Positions 10,440 through 19,354 of a stretch of 64,000 nucleotides of DNA are shown piece after piece. Each line of letters starts with the position of its first letter. Positions within the stretch are counted from its first letter, which is position 1. This stretch comes from Methanomassiliicoccaceae archaeon (GTDB taxonomy: Archaea; Thermoplasmatota; Thermoplasmata; Methanomassiliicoccales; Methanomassiliicoccaceae): NCBI GenBank assembly GCA_040776945.1, contig JAXGZN010000001.1, positions 864,001 through 928,000 on the forward strand. The letters are read 5' to 3'. The notes beneath the pieces were generated by a model that ran no database searches, was not told the origin of the DNA, and worked only from the letters and a program-made list of their open reading frames with translations. Both the position numbers and the translations under genes were made by a program.

Positions 10440-10781
10440 ATGGGACCTCCCGACCAGGCGGCACGCCCGTCCGCCACGTTGACTTGCACAGCTCCATATT
10501 TCTCTCTTGGCGTCGGCGCCTAAGCCATCTGGGGCGATGCGGCCAACAGGGCTACGCCTCGATCTGGCCGGCCGCCCCATCCTCCACGACCGGAGTGCGG
10601 CCAGGTGATGGGGACCTCAGCATGGAGCGGCAGGCGACCGCAAGGCCCGAGCACAGCCCAGAGCGCAAAACTATATGAGCTGTCCCCGGGAATAGTCAGG
10701 TCCAAATCGCTGGCCGTAGTACAGGGACCCGCTCGGCAGGCCCCGATGCACTGCAATGGTCATCTGGCGATATGGTGAACG

Positions 10782-11708
10782 ATGATGCGCTCCTCCACCT
10801 TCGAAATGGCGATCTCCCCGCCGTTCCGCCTGGACCTGACCGCTTGGGCCCTTCGCAGGCGGGCGACGAACAGCATGGACCGATGGGAGGACGGCCATTA
10901 TTCGCGCACTGTGGTGCTCGAGGACGATGCGTTCGATATGGTCATCTCCCAGATTGGCGGGGGGCATCGGCCGGTCCTTCAAGTAACGCTCAGCGGACCG
11001 TCCGGGGCCGACACCGAGGCTGTTGAGAACGCTGCCCGTTCCCTTGTCAGCAAGATGTTGGGCACATCGGTCGATCTGAGGCCGTTCTATGCACTCGCCG
11101 AAGGAAGCGACGTCCTCCGGCCACTGGCAGAAAGGTTCCTAGGGTTGAAACCTCCTCGCTTTCCTACGTTGTTCGAGGCCCTGGTTAACGCGATCGCCTG
11201 CCAGCAGGTCTCGCTGGACTCAGGCATTCGAACGCTCAACCGCTTTTCAGAGCGCTTTGGCCGAAGGCTCGAGGGTGGAACTGGCGCCCGTTCCTTCCCG
11301 CGGCCCGAAGACCTGGCGTCGATATCGGAAGATGAGATCAAAGCGGTCGGCCTCAGCCGTCAAAAGGCCCTCGCGATAAAGAGGATAGCGAATGACGGCC
11401 AGGCCATAGAGAATGCCCTGGCCGGAGCCGAACAAATGAGCGACGCTGAGATCCTAAGCTACCTCTCGACCATCCGGGGCATCGGCCGTTGGTCCGCCGA
11501 GTACGTTCTCCTCAGAGGGCTCGGCAGATTGGACATGTTTCCCGGTGATGATGTGGGAGCAAGGAACAATCTACAAAGGCTGTTCCATCTGGATGAAAAA
11601 CCGGACTATGAACGGATCAAGGAACTGACCTCATCATGGCGTCCCTACCAGGGATTGGTCTACTTCCATCTTCTGCTCAACAATCTGCAAGCGAAGGGTC
11701 TGGTATGA
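10782..11708 (+). CDS. alkA: DNA-3-methyladenine glycosylase II (AlkA, HhH-GPD)
   Basis: FEALVNAIACQQVS, FPRPEDL, LSTIRGIGRWSAEY HhH and FPGDD catalytic Asp. Confidence 0.9.
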   Translation: MMRSSTFEMAISPPFRLDLTAWALRRRATNSMDRWEDGHYSRTVVLEDDAFDMVISQIGGGHRPVLQVTLSGPSGADTEAVENAARSLVSKMLGTSVDLRPFYALAEGSDVLRPLAERFLGLKPPRFPTLFEALVNAIACQQVSLDSGIRTLNRFSERFGRRLEGGTGARSFPRPEDLASISEDEIKAVGLSRQKALAIKRIANDGQAIENALAGAEQMSDAEILSYLSTIRGIGRWSAEYVLLRGLGRLDMFPGDDVGARNNLQRLFHLDEKPDYERIKELTSSWRPYQGLVYFHLLLNNLQAKGLV

Positions 11709-12232
11709 GCATCAAGGTCTACACCATAGGGCACTCGACACGCTCGTTCGATGAGTTCCTGGCGATCCTTAGGAGGTTCGGCATAGAGATGGTGGTCGAT
11801 GTGCGGGCGATGCCCAGGTCCAGGCATAATCCTCAGTTCGGACAGGATGTCCTGAGGGGCGGTCTGGAGGCCAACGGCATAGATTACGTTCATCTCGCGG
11901 GGCTGGGCGGGCTCAGACCCTCCGCAGGTACGCTTACGAACGCGGGCTGGAGGAACAGGTCCTTTCGCGGCTATGCCGATCACATGCAAACCCCTGAGTT
12001 CAGGAGCGCCTTGCAGCAGCTCATGGACCTCGCCGGGAAACGCTCAACGGCCATCATGTGCGCGGAAACGCTTCCCTGGCGTTGCCATCGGTCACTGATC
12101 GGGGACGCGCTTCTCGTCCACGGGTTCACTGTAGAGGACATATTCGATGATAAGGTTTCAAAACCTCACAGGATGACGCCATGGGCGAAGGTGGTCGGCG
12201 ACACAATAACCTATCCGAAGGCGATGTTATGA
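11705..12232 (+). CDS. DUF488 family protein
   Basis: YTIGHS, VDVR..P.SR..PQF, LGG.R, MCAE..PWRCHR motifs; ATGA overlap with alkA. Confidence 0.9.
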   Translation: MSIKVYTIGHSTRSFDEFLAILRRFGIEMVVDVRAMPRSRHNPQFGQDVLRGGLEANGIDYVHLAGLGGLRPSAGTLTNAGWRNRSFRGYADHMQTPEFRSALQQLMDLAGKRSTAIMCAETLPWRCHRSLIGDALLVHGFTVEDIFDDKVSKPHRMTPWAKVVGDTITYPKAML

Positions 12233-12265
12233 ACCATGGACGAGCGGCCATAGGAAGGATGCGGC

Positions 12266-12523
12266 ATGAGCGGCGATGACATCGGGCCCGGAGATTGCGT
12301 CAAGCTGCCCGACGGACGAGTGGCCAGGGTGCGGGAGGCCCATGGCGGCGAATATAGGGTCAGGGTCAGAAGGAGGACGAGCAGAACGCACCAGTTCCTG
12401 AGCCTGCCGCAGGAGGACCTGACCAAGGTCCCCTGCCCCAAGGGGTGGATGAGCCCGGAAGGCTACAACCGCTATCTCAAGAAGACCCTGGAAAAGATGC
12501 GGTTGAGGCAAGAGCGGAGGTGA
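12266..12523 (+). CDS. Small basic hypothetical protein (KOW/SH3-like N-terminus)
   Basis: 85 aa; GDCVKLPDGRVARV, CPKGWMSPEGY; AGGA RBS upstream. Confidence 0.65.
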   Translation: MSGDDIGPGDCVKLPDGRVARVREAHGGEYRVRVRRRTSRTHQFLSLPQEDLTKVPCPKGWMSPEGYNRYLKKTLEKMRLRQERR

Positions 12524-12564
12524 CATACCACAGCGCCTTATAGGGGCGCGGCGTGAACGTAAGC

Positions 12565-12888
12565 ATGGCGAGGCATAAGGTCATCGGCGTGGACAAGGTC
12601 GGGCCGGGTGAGATGATCGGTCTCTCGATAGAGGGAAGGGAACTGCTGGTCGCCAATGTCGAGGGCAAGCTCTTCGCGATCGATGGCCGCTGCTCAAGGC
12701 GGTGCGGAAGGCTGTGGAAGGGCCGTCTGAACGGCTATTTCGTAGAATGCCCTAACCATGGCGCGACGTTCGACATAAGAGATGGGCGGGCGGTATCGAG
12801 CGCCAAATCGCCTCGTACCGGCAAGGCTAAGGACCTAAGGGCCTACGAGGTCATCATCGACGATGACGGAGTGTTCGTCGCGCTGTGA
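12565..12888 (+). CDS. Rieske-type ferredoxin with atypical box 1
   Basis: FAIDGRCSRRCG (box 1 lacks His) and VECPNHGATFDIRDG (box 2 intact). Confidence 0.8.
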   Translation: MARHKVIGVDKVGPGEMIGLSIEGRELLVANVEGKLFAIDGRCSRRCGRLWKGRLNGYFVECPNHGATFDIRDGRAVSSAKSPRTGKAKDLRAYEVIIDDDGVFVAL

Positions 12889-13061
12889 AGAATCCATTCC
12901 GCACATTCATGCCGTCAAGGGCCGGGCGGCCCGCGGGACCGGCCGGCGGTGGACGCGGACAAGGCGAGGGAGCATGACCCCAGGTCCGGTAATCATCCAT
13001 GAGGATGCCGCTCGCCTCTGCCAACGGTCGGGCCCAGTTGTCGCCGGCACCCTGATACGTC

Positions 13062-13298
13062 TCATTCCTCGCTCGTTTCCATGAGCCTCTTGTACTCTTC
13101 CTCGCCGAGGCACTCCTTGGCGTACTTACACCATTTGGCGCACGACACGATGTTATTGTGGACCACGAACCCGCAGTTGTCACAGGTGACCTTGATGTCA
13201 TTGGAGAAGATCTCGACCTCACTTCCGCACTCCGGACAGTTCCTGATAGATAGCGTCGGGGTCCTGTGGTTGGCGGAGCCTGGGCAACCATCAAACAA
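13062..13298 (-). CDS. Small Cys-rich zinc-ribbon protein
   Basis: CPG...CPECGSEVEIFS...CDNCG...SCAKWCKYAKECLG; TTG start preceded by GGAG. Confidence 0.82.
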   Translation of the reverse strand: MFDGCPGSANHRTPTLSIRNCPECGSEVEIFSNDIKVTCDNCGFVVHNNIVSCAKWCKYAKECLGEEEYKRLMETSEE

Positions 13299-13580
13299 CG
13301 CTCACTCCTCCATCTCCATGCATTTCCTTATCAGCCTCTTTGATAGTTCCTTCTATCCACCAACCTCGCCTTGGCACTTGACCTTTTCGTCCATTTCTCC
13401 CATAGGGCGGAAAATGTCCATGCAAAAAAGTGGAACGGAGACCATGATGAGGGTGTGAAACCTGCCCAGGGGAAAGAACAATGGCGTGGCAGAACCAGAG
13501 ACCGCCGAGGACCAGAGGATGGACCGGCCGCTGAGAGCATTACCAGCGCTCATTAAGACGGCCTCCGCCGGTCACGTCCG

Positions 13581-14948
13581 CTAGGGAAGACCGGCATCGA
13601 GCGGCCCGTTCGGAATCCCATAGCAGATGACAGAGGAACCGACCCGCACCAGGTCCAGGTCCTTGAGGCCAAGGGCCGCATCGTGCCCATCGATGCATAT
13701 GCTTGAATCAGAGGTTGATAGGAACGGGCTCACCTGGCAGACCGCCACATCAGCGCACATATGGGCAAGGGCCGAGGGGAGCAGGTCATGGCAACCATCG
13801 ATGAGCACCGAAGTGACCTCTAGTTCCTTCAGGGCTCCAATGACCGAGCCGACGTCCTCCGTTCTCGGGACCGCAATGGTCCAGAGGCCCGCGTTCTCTG
13901 ACTTCCTGCGCCGTTCCGGGTCAACACCTTCACCTGTCAGGACCACGGTCTTCTTCGGAAGATGGACATGATCAAGGAGGTCCGCGATGCGCAGGAAGGG
14001 ATCGAGAACAACAGTAAGGCCTTCGAAGCCCCCCGCCTCCTCTGGCCCCACAGGGAGCTCCGAAAGGTCGACGAGGTGCGCATCATGGAGGGACAGAAGA
14101 CGGTGCCTGATGACCATAAGCTCCCGCTGCATCTCCGTGGACATCATGCCCGGTCGAACCTGGTGGCCGTTCAAGGACCGGTTGAGCAGGACCGTAATGA
14201 ACGGTCTCCGATCGCCTGCGGCAGCCATGCATTTGTTCGTGAACCGGAGCAGCCGATCGATGTCCGGAGAATAGGGCAAGTCGTCATTGAGGTCGATAAG
14301 GTGATGAAAGCGTACGGCCTTGGTCTCGAGGTACCGCCGGTTCTCCTCGGTCACCCTGGGCGGGGCCGGTATCATCGCGGCAATGCCGATGCCGTTCCTC
14401 TCGAAGGCATTGGTCTTGTCGGGATTGTTGGACATCAGCCTGATGGACATGACCCCAAGGTCCTTGAGGATAAGGGCCGCGGCCTCATAGTCTCTCCCGT
14501 CCGGCTTATAGCCAAGGATAGTGTTCGCGTCGACCGTGTCGAGGCCCTCGTCCTGCAGGTTGTATGAATGCAGCTTCGATAGGAGCCCTATGCCCCGGCC
14601 CTCTTGACGCAGATATATCAGGATGCCCAACCCTTCTTCGGCGATCATCTCTATCGCTTGTCGGAGCTGGGACTGGCAGTCGCAGCGCAACGAGCCGAAG
14701 AGGTCCCCCGTCATGCATTCCGAGTGGACCCTGACCAGAAGCCCCTCGCAACCGAAAACATCCCCCATGACCAGCGCGAGATGCTCTTTTCCCGCGTCAT
14801 CGACATACAGATGAAGCCGAAAGACGCCGGCGTCGGTAGGAAGTCGGACCTCTACCTCATGGGTGACGGCGGTCCTTTCCCCCTCTATCGTTCGAACGGT
14901 CGAATTCTCCGCTTCGACCTTGGCGGCGTGCTCATTGATGTAGGCCAT
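13581..14948 (-). CDS. ribA: GTP cyclohydrolase II fused to a degenerate RibD_C-like domain
   Basis: VRVHSECMTGDLFGSLRCDC Zn motif, YLRQEGRGIGL, RDY, SNNPDK; the C-terminal RPFITVLLNRSLNG resembles the RibD_C start. Confidence 0.88.
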   Translation of the reverse strand: MAYINEHAAKVEAENSTVRTIEGERTAVTHEVEVRLPTDAGVFRLHLYVDDAGKEHLALVMGDVFGCEGLLVRVHSECMTGDLFGSLRCDCQSQLRQAIEMIAEEGLGILIYLRQEGRGIGLLSKLHSYNLQDEGLDTVDANTILGYKPDGRDYEAAALILKDLGVMSIRLMSNNPDKTNAFERNGIGIAAMIPAPPRVTEENRRYLETKAVRFHHLIDLNDDLPYSPDIDRLLRFTNKCMAAAGDRRPFITVLLNRSLNGHQVRPGMMSTEMQRELMVIRHRLLSLHDAHLVDLSELPVGPEEAGGFEGLTVVLDPFLRIADLLDHVHLPKKTVVLTGEGVDPERRRKSENAGLWTIAVPRTEDVGSVIGALKELEVTSVLIDGCHDLLPSALAHMCADVAVCQVSPFLSTSDSSICIDGHDAALGLKDLDLVRVGSSVICYGIPNGPLDAGLP

Positions 14949-15137
14949 TGGATTCAGCTCAGGTGTTCATATTGGTTCGGCGCGGAAAATCAAACTATCG
15001 TCGCCCCAGGCCCGCGACCCTGTGTCCCGCTAGACCTCTCTGGATGCGTTCGTTCGAGACCATCACGCGCTAATGCGGGAAGTCGTTGCGGGAGGTCTCC
15101 CGGGAGCTTGAGGCCGCCTTCCGGGACCCTTGAGCCT

Positions 15138-15716
15138 TCATCTTCTGCCCATCAGGCCGTCCAGAAGGGCCCTGGTATTCTCAACGGGAACGGGAACGAT
15201 CGCCCTCAAGGTCGCTGGATCTACCTCGGTTAGATTCCTGTAATCCGTTCGCATCTTCCTGCCCCTGTGCATGAAGGATATCTTCAACCCCTTTATCTTC
15301 AGGAAGGAGGTGATTTCATATGAGGTCACGTCCCGGTATTCGAAGTGGCCAGCATATTTGTAGGTCTTGTTCAGAAGACCGCTCTCCTCCAGCATGATCA
15401 ATCGCTGGTCCGTCGCCACGAGCAGGACCGGACGAGCAATGGTGTCCCCTTCGGAATCCTTTTCCTCCAATCCAGCTCTCCAGACCTGTATCGTACGCTC
15501 CCCCGGCCTAAAGCCAGAGGCCTGCGTTATGAGGGGAGAAAGGGAGGAAACGCTCGACCGGGCAGCGCTAGCGGGCGACGCGATGGGCTGAGCAGCGGCA
15601 GCGCTCGGGGCAGGAATGCCCGCCCCGTCAGCGCGGAACCCGGAGCGGGGCATCCCACATTGTGAACAGAACTTCGCGGTCTCCGGCAGCCAGATATTGC
15701 ACCGGGGGCAGATCAT
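15138..15716 (-). CDS. Zinc-ribbon plus PH-like domain hypothetical protein
   Basis: CPRC...AKFCSQCG N-terminus, Ala/Pro linker, LLVATDQRLI PH-like strand. Confidence 0.72.
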   Translation of the reverse strand: MICPRCNIWLPETAKFCSQCGMPRSGFRADGAGIPAPSAAAAQPIASPASAARSSVSSLSPLITQASGFRPGERTIQVWRAGLEEKDSEGDTIARPVLLVATDQRLIMLEESGLLNKTYKYAGHFEYRDVTSYEITSFLKIKGLKISFMHRGRKMRTDYRNLTEVDPATLRAIVPVPVENTRALLDGLMGRR

Positions 15717-16164
15717 AGCTCATTCGATGTCCTATCCGGTCATATCGATAGCGGTGCCGTTATCATCCTCGGTAACAGGGCCTAAGGAACTCCCCCGGCT
15801 CGGTTTTCTTGGGGCGATCCCTTGCAGAGTCTAGGTCCAGATCTAGGGGATCATCCATCGCCGGGAGATCTTTCCGGCAATCGAGCGTCATCTTCCCGAA
15901 CGCAGGGAAAGGAGCAAGGATAAGGCATGCATGACGCTAGAGATGCCCGACCCCTCATTTGACGTCTAGCAAGCACCACGGCCCCCAAGTCAAGAAGGAG
16001 CTTTTTCAGGACAACATCGATGCTCGCAGCGCTTCTACGAAGGCATCGAGCGCGGCGTCGCAGGACGGCGGCCGAAGGACGCTTGGAAGGAGCGGCCGGT
16101 GGCGACGTGTCACGAGACCTCCGTTATTGACAAGAAACTCCCGCCATATGGATATGCATAAAAG

Positions 16165-16261
16165 TGGGCCCGGTCGGATTTGAACCGACGACCATCGGGT
16201 ATCTCAGGTCCCACAGGGACGCCTATGAGCCTGACGCTCCACCAGACTAAGCTACGGGCCC
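16165..16261 (-). tRNA. tRNA with CAU anticodon (probably Ile2, possibly elongator Met) with a 23-nt intron at 37/38 (16201-16223)
   Basis: GGGCCCG/CGGGCCC-A acceptor stem, D-arm GCTT..GAGC, CTCATA loop, BHB helix CTCA/TGAG, GGTTCAAATCC T-loop. The GGGCCC acceptor is Ile-like. Confidence 0.9.
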
Positions 16262-16286
16262 GTGCAACCGAGGTTAATCGGCCCCT

Positions 16287-16300
16287 CCAATAAATACTTT
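16287..16300 (-). promoter_or_regulatory. Putative BRE/TATA promoter of the CAU tRNA
   Basis: AAAGTATTTATTGG on the minus strand about 30 nt upstream of the tRNA 5' end. Confidence 0.5.
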
Positions 16301-16382
16301 GCCAACTGCGGCCGCGGCTCCAGGGCCGACAACAAATCCTCATGCCTATATACTCCTGGAGCGTAGTGGCCTCCGGTGTTCG

Positions 16383-16862
16383 ATGATGTCAGAAGCGAAG
16401 GCCACTTTCGGGGCAGGTTGTTTCTGGGGCGTCCAGGCCAAGTTCGATAGGATAGAGGGAGTGGTCTCCACCCAGGTCGGCTTCATGGGTGGTACGCTGG
16501 CCAATCCCAGCTATCGCGATGTCTGCGGCCATCGGACAGGCCATGCCGAGGTAGTAGAGGTCACCTACGATCCGGACAAGATATCGTACGAAGAGCTGCT
16601 GGAGGTGTTCTGGGACGTCCACGATCCCACCACGCTGAACCGCCAGGGGCCGGACGTGGGGGACCAGTACCGCTCGGTCATCTTTTACTATACGCCGGAA
16701 CAGAAGGCCGCCGCCGAAGCATCGAGGGCCGCCCAGGACCGTTCCGGGAGGTTCAGGCGACCGATCGTCACTCAGATCACGCCGGCCGGGGCCTTCTGGC
16801 GGGCCGAAGAGCATCATCAGAAGTACCTGGAAAAGCGGGGGGCCGCGGCCTGCCGCACGTGA
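16383..16862 (+). CDS. msrA: Peptide-methionine (S)-S-oxide reductase MsrA
   Basis: GAGCFWG, GHAEVV, HDPTTLNRQGPDVGDQYRS, AEEHHQKY. Confidence 0.96.
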   Translation: MMSEAKATFGAGCFWGVQAKFDRIEGVVSTQVGFMGGTLANPSYRDVCGHRTGHAEVVEVTYDPDKISYEELLEVFWDVHDPTTLNRQGPDVGDQYRSVIFYYTPEQKAAAEASRAAQDRSGRFRRPIVTQITPAGAFWRAEEHHQKYLEKRGAAACRT

Positions 16863-16912
16863 TCCGGCGCCCCTCCGTGGCCGCGGCGATGGCATTGTGA
16901 GCGGGCGATCGC

Positions 16913-17962
16913 ATGGTGCATGGCAAGTTCCCAAGGCCCCGCATCGGACTCAGCCGATGCATCGAGATCGACCACTGCCGATACGATGGTGAAATGATTC
17001 GATCGGAACTTGTCCGGCGCCTTATGGAGCACGCTGATGTGGTCCCCGTCTGCCCGGAGATGGAGATCGGACTGGGGGTGCCGAGGGACCCTATCATAAT
17101 TGTGCTCGACGGGGGTCGCCGCCTGGTCCAGCCGTCCACCGGGCGGGACCTAACCGAGGCCATGGGATCGTTCACGGCCAGCTTCTTCGAGCGGCTGGGA
17201 GAGGTCGACGGCTTCGTGCTAAAGAGCCGCTCGCCTTCCTGCGGGGTGCACGACGCGAGGATATGCTCCGAACTGCAGGATGGGTCTTTGGTCCATGGGT
17301 CGGGCATGTTCGGCCGTGAGGTGGTCCGGAGACTGGGCGGAATCCCGGTGGAGGACGAGGCGCGGCTAAGGAACACCGGGCAGGCCGAGCACTTTCTCAC
17401 GCGGGCGTTCACCCTTCGCGCCTTCCGCGAACTGGGGCGGGATGCGGAACGGTCTGCGCTCCTTGACTTTCACCGCCGCAATAAGCTCCTGCTCAGGGCG
17501 TACAGCCGTATCGAGCTTGGTCATCTGGAGAGGATATTGGCCGGAGCCGCCGGCGATGACCTACGGACGATGCACAACCGATATAGCGCCCATCTCAAGA
17601 TGGCCCTGTCCCGGCCGCCCCGCCGAAGCAACGCGGCGCACGTTCTGATGAGCGTCTTCGACCATGTGTCCGAAGGGCTCGACAGAGGGGAGAAGGAGCT
17701 GTTCCTACAATACGTGGAGCTGTACAGGGACGCAAGGAGGTCGTTAGGAGCATGCACCAGCCTAATGCGGCACCTTCTCGAGCGCTCCGGAGCTTCCCAT
17801 TTGACGGATCAGACGATCTTCGAGCCGTTCCCGAGGGAGATCCTGCCCACAGCAGCACCGTCCCCGGAGGCATTGGGGTCGATGCAGGGACGTGAGCATA
17901 CCGCGAAGGGGCGAGGCCCGGCAAGTAGGCAGGATTATAGGCCGGTATCGCGATGCATATGA
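16913..17962 (+). CDS. DUF523 (2-thiouracil desulfurase-like) + DUF1722 (YbgA-type) protein
   Basis: SRC...RYDG, VCPEMEIGLGVPR, KSRSPSCG, PVEDEARL, FHRRNKLLL, QTIFEPFP. Confidence 0.88.
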   Translation: MVHGKFPRPRIGLSRCIEIDHCRYDGEMIRSELVRRLMEHADVVPVCPEMEIGLGVPRDPIIIVLDGGRRLVQPSTGRDLTEAMGSFTASFFERLGEVDGFVLKSRSPSCGVHDARICSELQDGSLVHGSGMFGREVVRRLGGIPVEDEARLRNTGQAEHFLTRAFTLRAFRELGRDAERSALLDFHRRNKLLLRAYSRIELGHLERILAGAAGDDLRTMHNRYSAHLKMALSRPPRRSNAAHVLMSVFDHVSEGLDRGEKELFLQYVELYRDARRSLGACTSLMRHLLERSGASHLTDQTIFEPFPREILPTAAPSPEALGSMQGREHTAKGRGPASRQDYRPVSRCI

Positions 17963-17995
17963 TGGTCGCCACTGGCGGCCCGGACGGTTCAGAGG

Positions 17996-18607
17996 ATGGC
18001 ATCCACTGATGATCTTGAACGGCTATGCGAGATGGCGCTGGAGAAAGGGGCCAAGGCCGCGAGGCCCATGGACGCGCGCGGCGTGGTGATGGACCCCCGG
18101 GCAAGGCTCAAGTGCATGGTGCCCGTCTGCGCCAACTATGGCCGAAACCTGATGTGCCCGCCCAACGTCATGCCCATGGACCAGTTCGCCGAGGTGCTGA
18201 GAAGATATTCCCGAGCGATACTCGTTCAGTTCCCCATACCGCTCGACCAGAACCTCATGAAAGGCTTCGAGGGGAAAAGACTGGAGGAGGTCTATGGGTC
18301 CAGCGAGTATCATCAACGCCTTCGCAAGAGCGAGGCTGAGATCATGGACCTATTGGGCTATCTGGAGAAGGAGGCGCTGAACATGGGCTATCGGTTCGCC
18401 ACTGCGCTCACCGGAGGACCGTGCCCTCTATGCGAGGAGTGCGTCGGCCAAGGTTCAGGGAAAAGATGCCGCCACCCCTTCCGCTCCAGGCCTTCCATGG
18501 AGGCCATGGGTATCGATGTGCTCCTCACCGCCCAGAACGCCGGCCTGAGCTTCGAGGTCCCGCCAAAGGACGGTCCTGTCTGGAACGGCCTGCTGCTCAT
18601 CGATTGA
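17996..18607 (+). CDS. DUF2284 family metal-binding protein
   Basis: KC..PVCANYG.NL.CPP, GPCPLCEEC, CRHP..SRPSMEAMGIDV. Confidence 0.88.
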   Translation: MASTDDLERLCEMALEKGAKAARPMDARGVVMDPRARLKCMVPVCANYGRNLMCPPNVMPMDQFAEVLRRYSRAILVQFPIPLDQNLMKGFEGKRLEEVYGSSEYHQRLRKSEAEIMDLLGYLEKEALNMGYRFATALTGGPCPLCEECVGQGSGKRCRHPFRSRPSMEAMGIDVLLTAQNAGLSFEVPPKDGPVWNGLLLID

Positions 18608-18746
18608 GGTGCCTATGGCAGCGCGTTTGGCCCCGAACAGGGCGAGGGACAAACCAATGGGCTGTTTTCGGAGGCACAGTGCGGATGCTGCAGCCGGCCG
18701 TTAGGCCAAAGGGCCTAGGCAGATAGAGATGAAGAAGAAGTGGGAG

Positions 18747-18840
18747 CGCCGTCGAACGGGCTCGAACCGTTGACCTTGTGATGACCGTTCCCGGCTAAGG
18801 GATTAACAGTCACACGCTCTACCAGCTGAGCTACGACGGC
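18747..18840 (-). tRNA. tRNA-Asn(GUU) with a 21-nt intron at 37/38 (18783-18803)
   Basis: GCCGTCG/CGACGGC-G acceptor, TGTGA/TCACA anticodon stem, CTGTTA loop, BHB helix CTGT/ACGG, intron stem TCCC/GGGA, GGTTCGAGCCC T-loop. Confidence 0.95.
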
Positions 18841-18883
18841 CTGTAGGCAAGTGAAATACCCACTGGTATTAATCACTATCGCT

Positions 18884-19192
18884 CTAGACCAGTTGGGACT
18901 TCAGGTCCTTGACCGTTCTCTCCATATCGTCCAGCAACAATCTCAACTGGTTCATGAAGGCCTTTAGTTTCTCAGTGGTGACGGCACCCTCGGGAGATGG
19001 TTTGATCAGGCCTTCCTGTTCCAGTATCCGCAGCGAATACCTGACCTTATGCTGGGGGTAGGCCAGAAGTTCGGACAGACGAATGATCCCTATGGGCTCG
19101 TTCTCCATGATGGCCTTGAGCATCTGCACATGTCTTTGGAGAAGCTCAATCTCGCTCTCGATCTTGCTGGTAAGAACGCTGTTTCCCCTCAT
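18884..19192 (-). CDS. Conserved archaeal winged-helix regulator (COG3388-like)
   Basis: LLQRHVQML...EPIGIIRLS...HKVRYSLRILEQEGLIKPSPEGA. Confidence 0.82.
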   Translation of the reverse strand: MRGNSVLTSKIESEIELLQRHVQMLKAIMENEPIGIIRLSELLAYPQHKVRYSLRILEQEGLIKPSPEGAVTTEKLKAFMNQLRLLLDDMERTVKDLKSQLV

Positions 19193-19354
19193 AATGCCCA
19201 TCCGACCTGTGTGCCGTGATAACAATGGTGATTATATGACATTTGTTGGGTCGTTAGTTCATGCATGATAGGGCCGGATACGCCGAACTTCCGGAAGATA
19301 TCGCCCGTTCGAATAAAATATCCCTTCTTAGAATTGAGGTCAAGGTGCGAAACA

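Noticed and set aside
14949-15137. Possible FMN riboswitch upstream of ribA
   Set aside because: The conserved AGGGC.GGGTGAAA.TCCC.ACCG core is not present on the minus strand.
15720-16160. 440-nt gap next to the tRNA 3' end as a possible integrated-element junction or TAG-interrupted ORF (15931-16161)
   Set aside because: No tRNA 3' duplication or integrase was seen, and the read-through translation resembles nothing recognisable.
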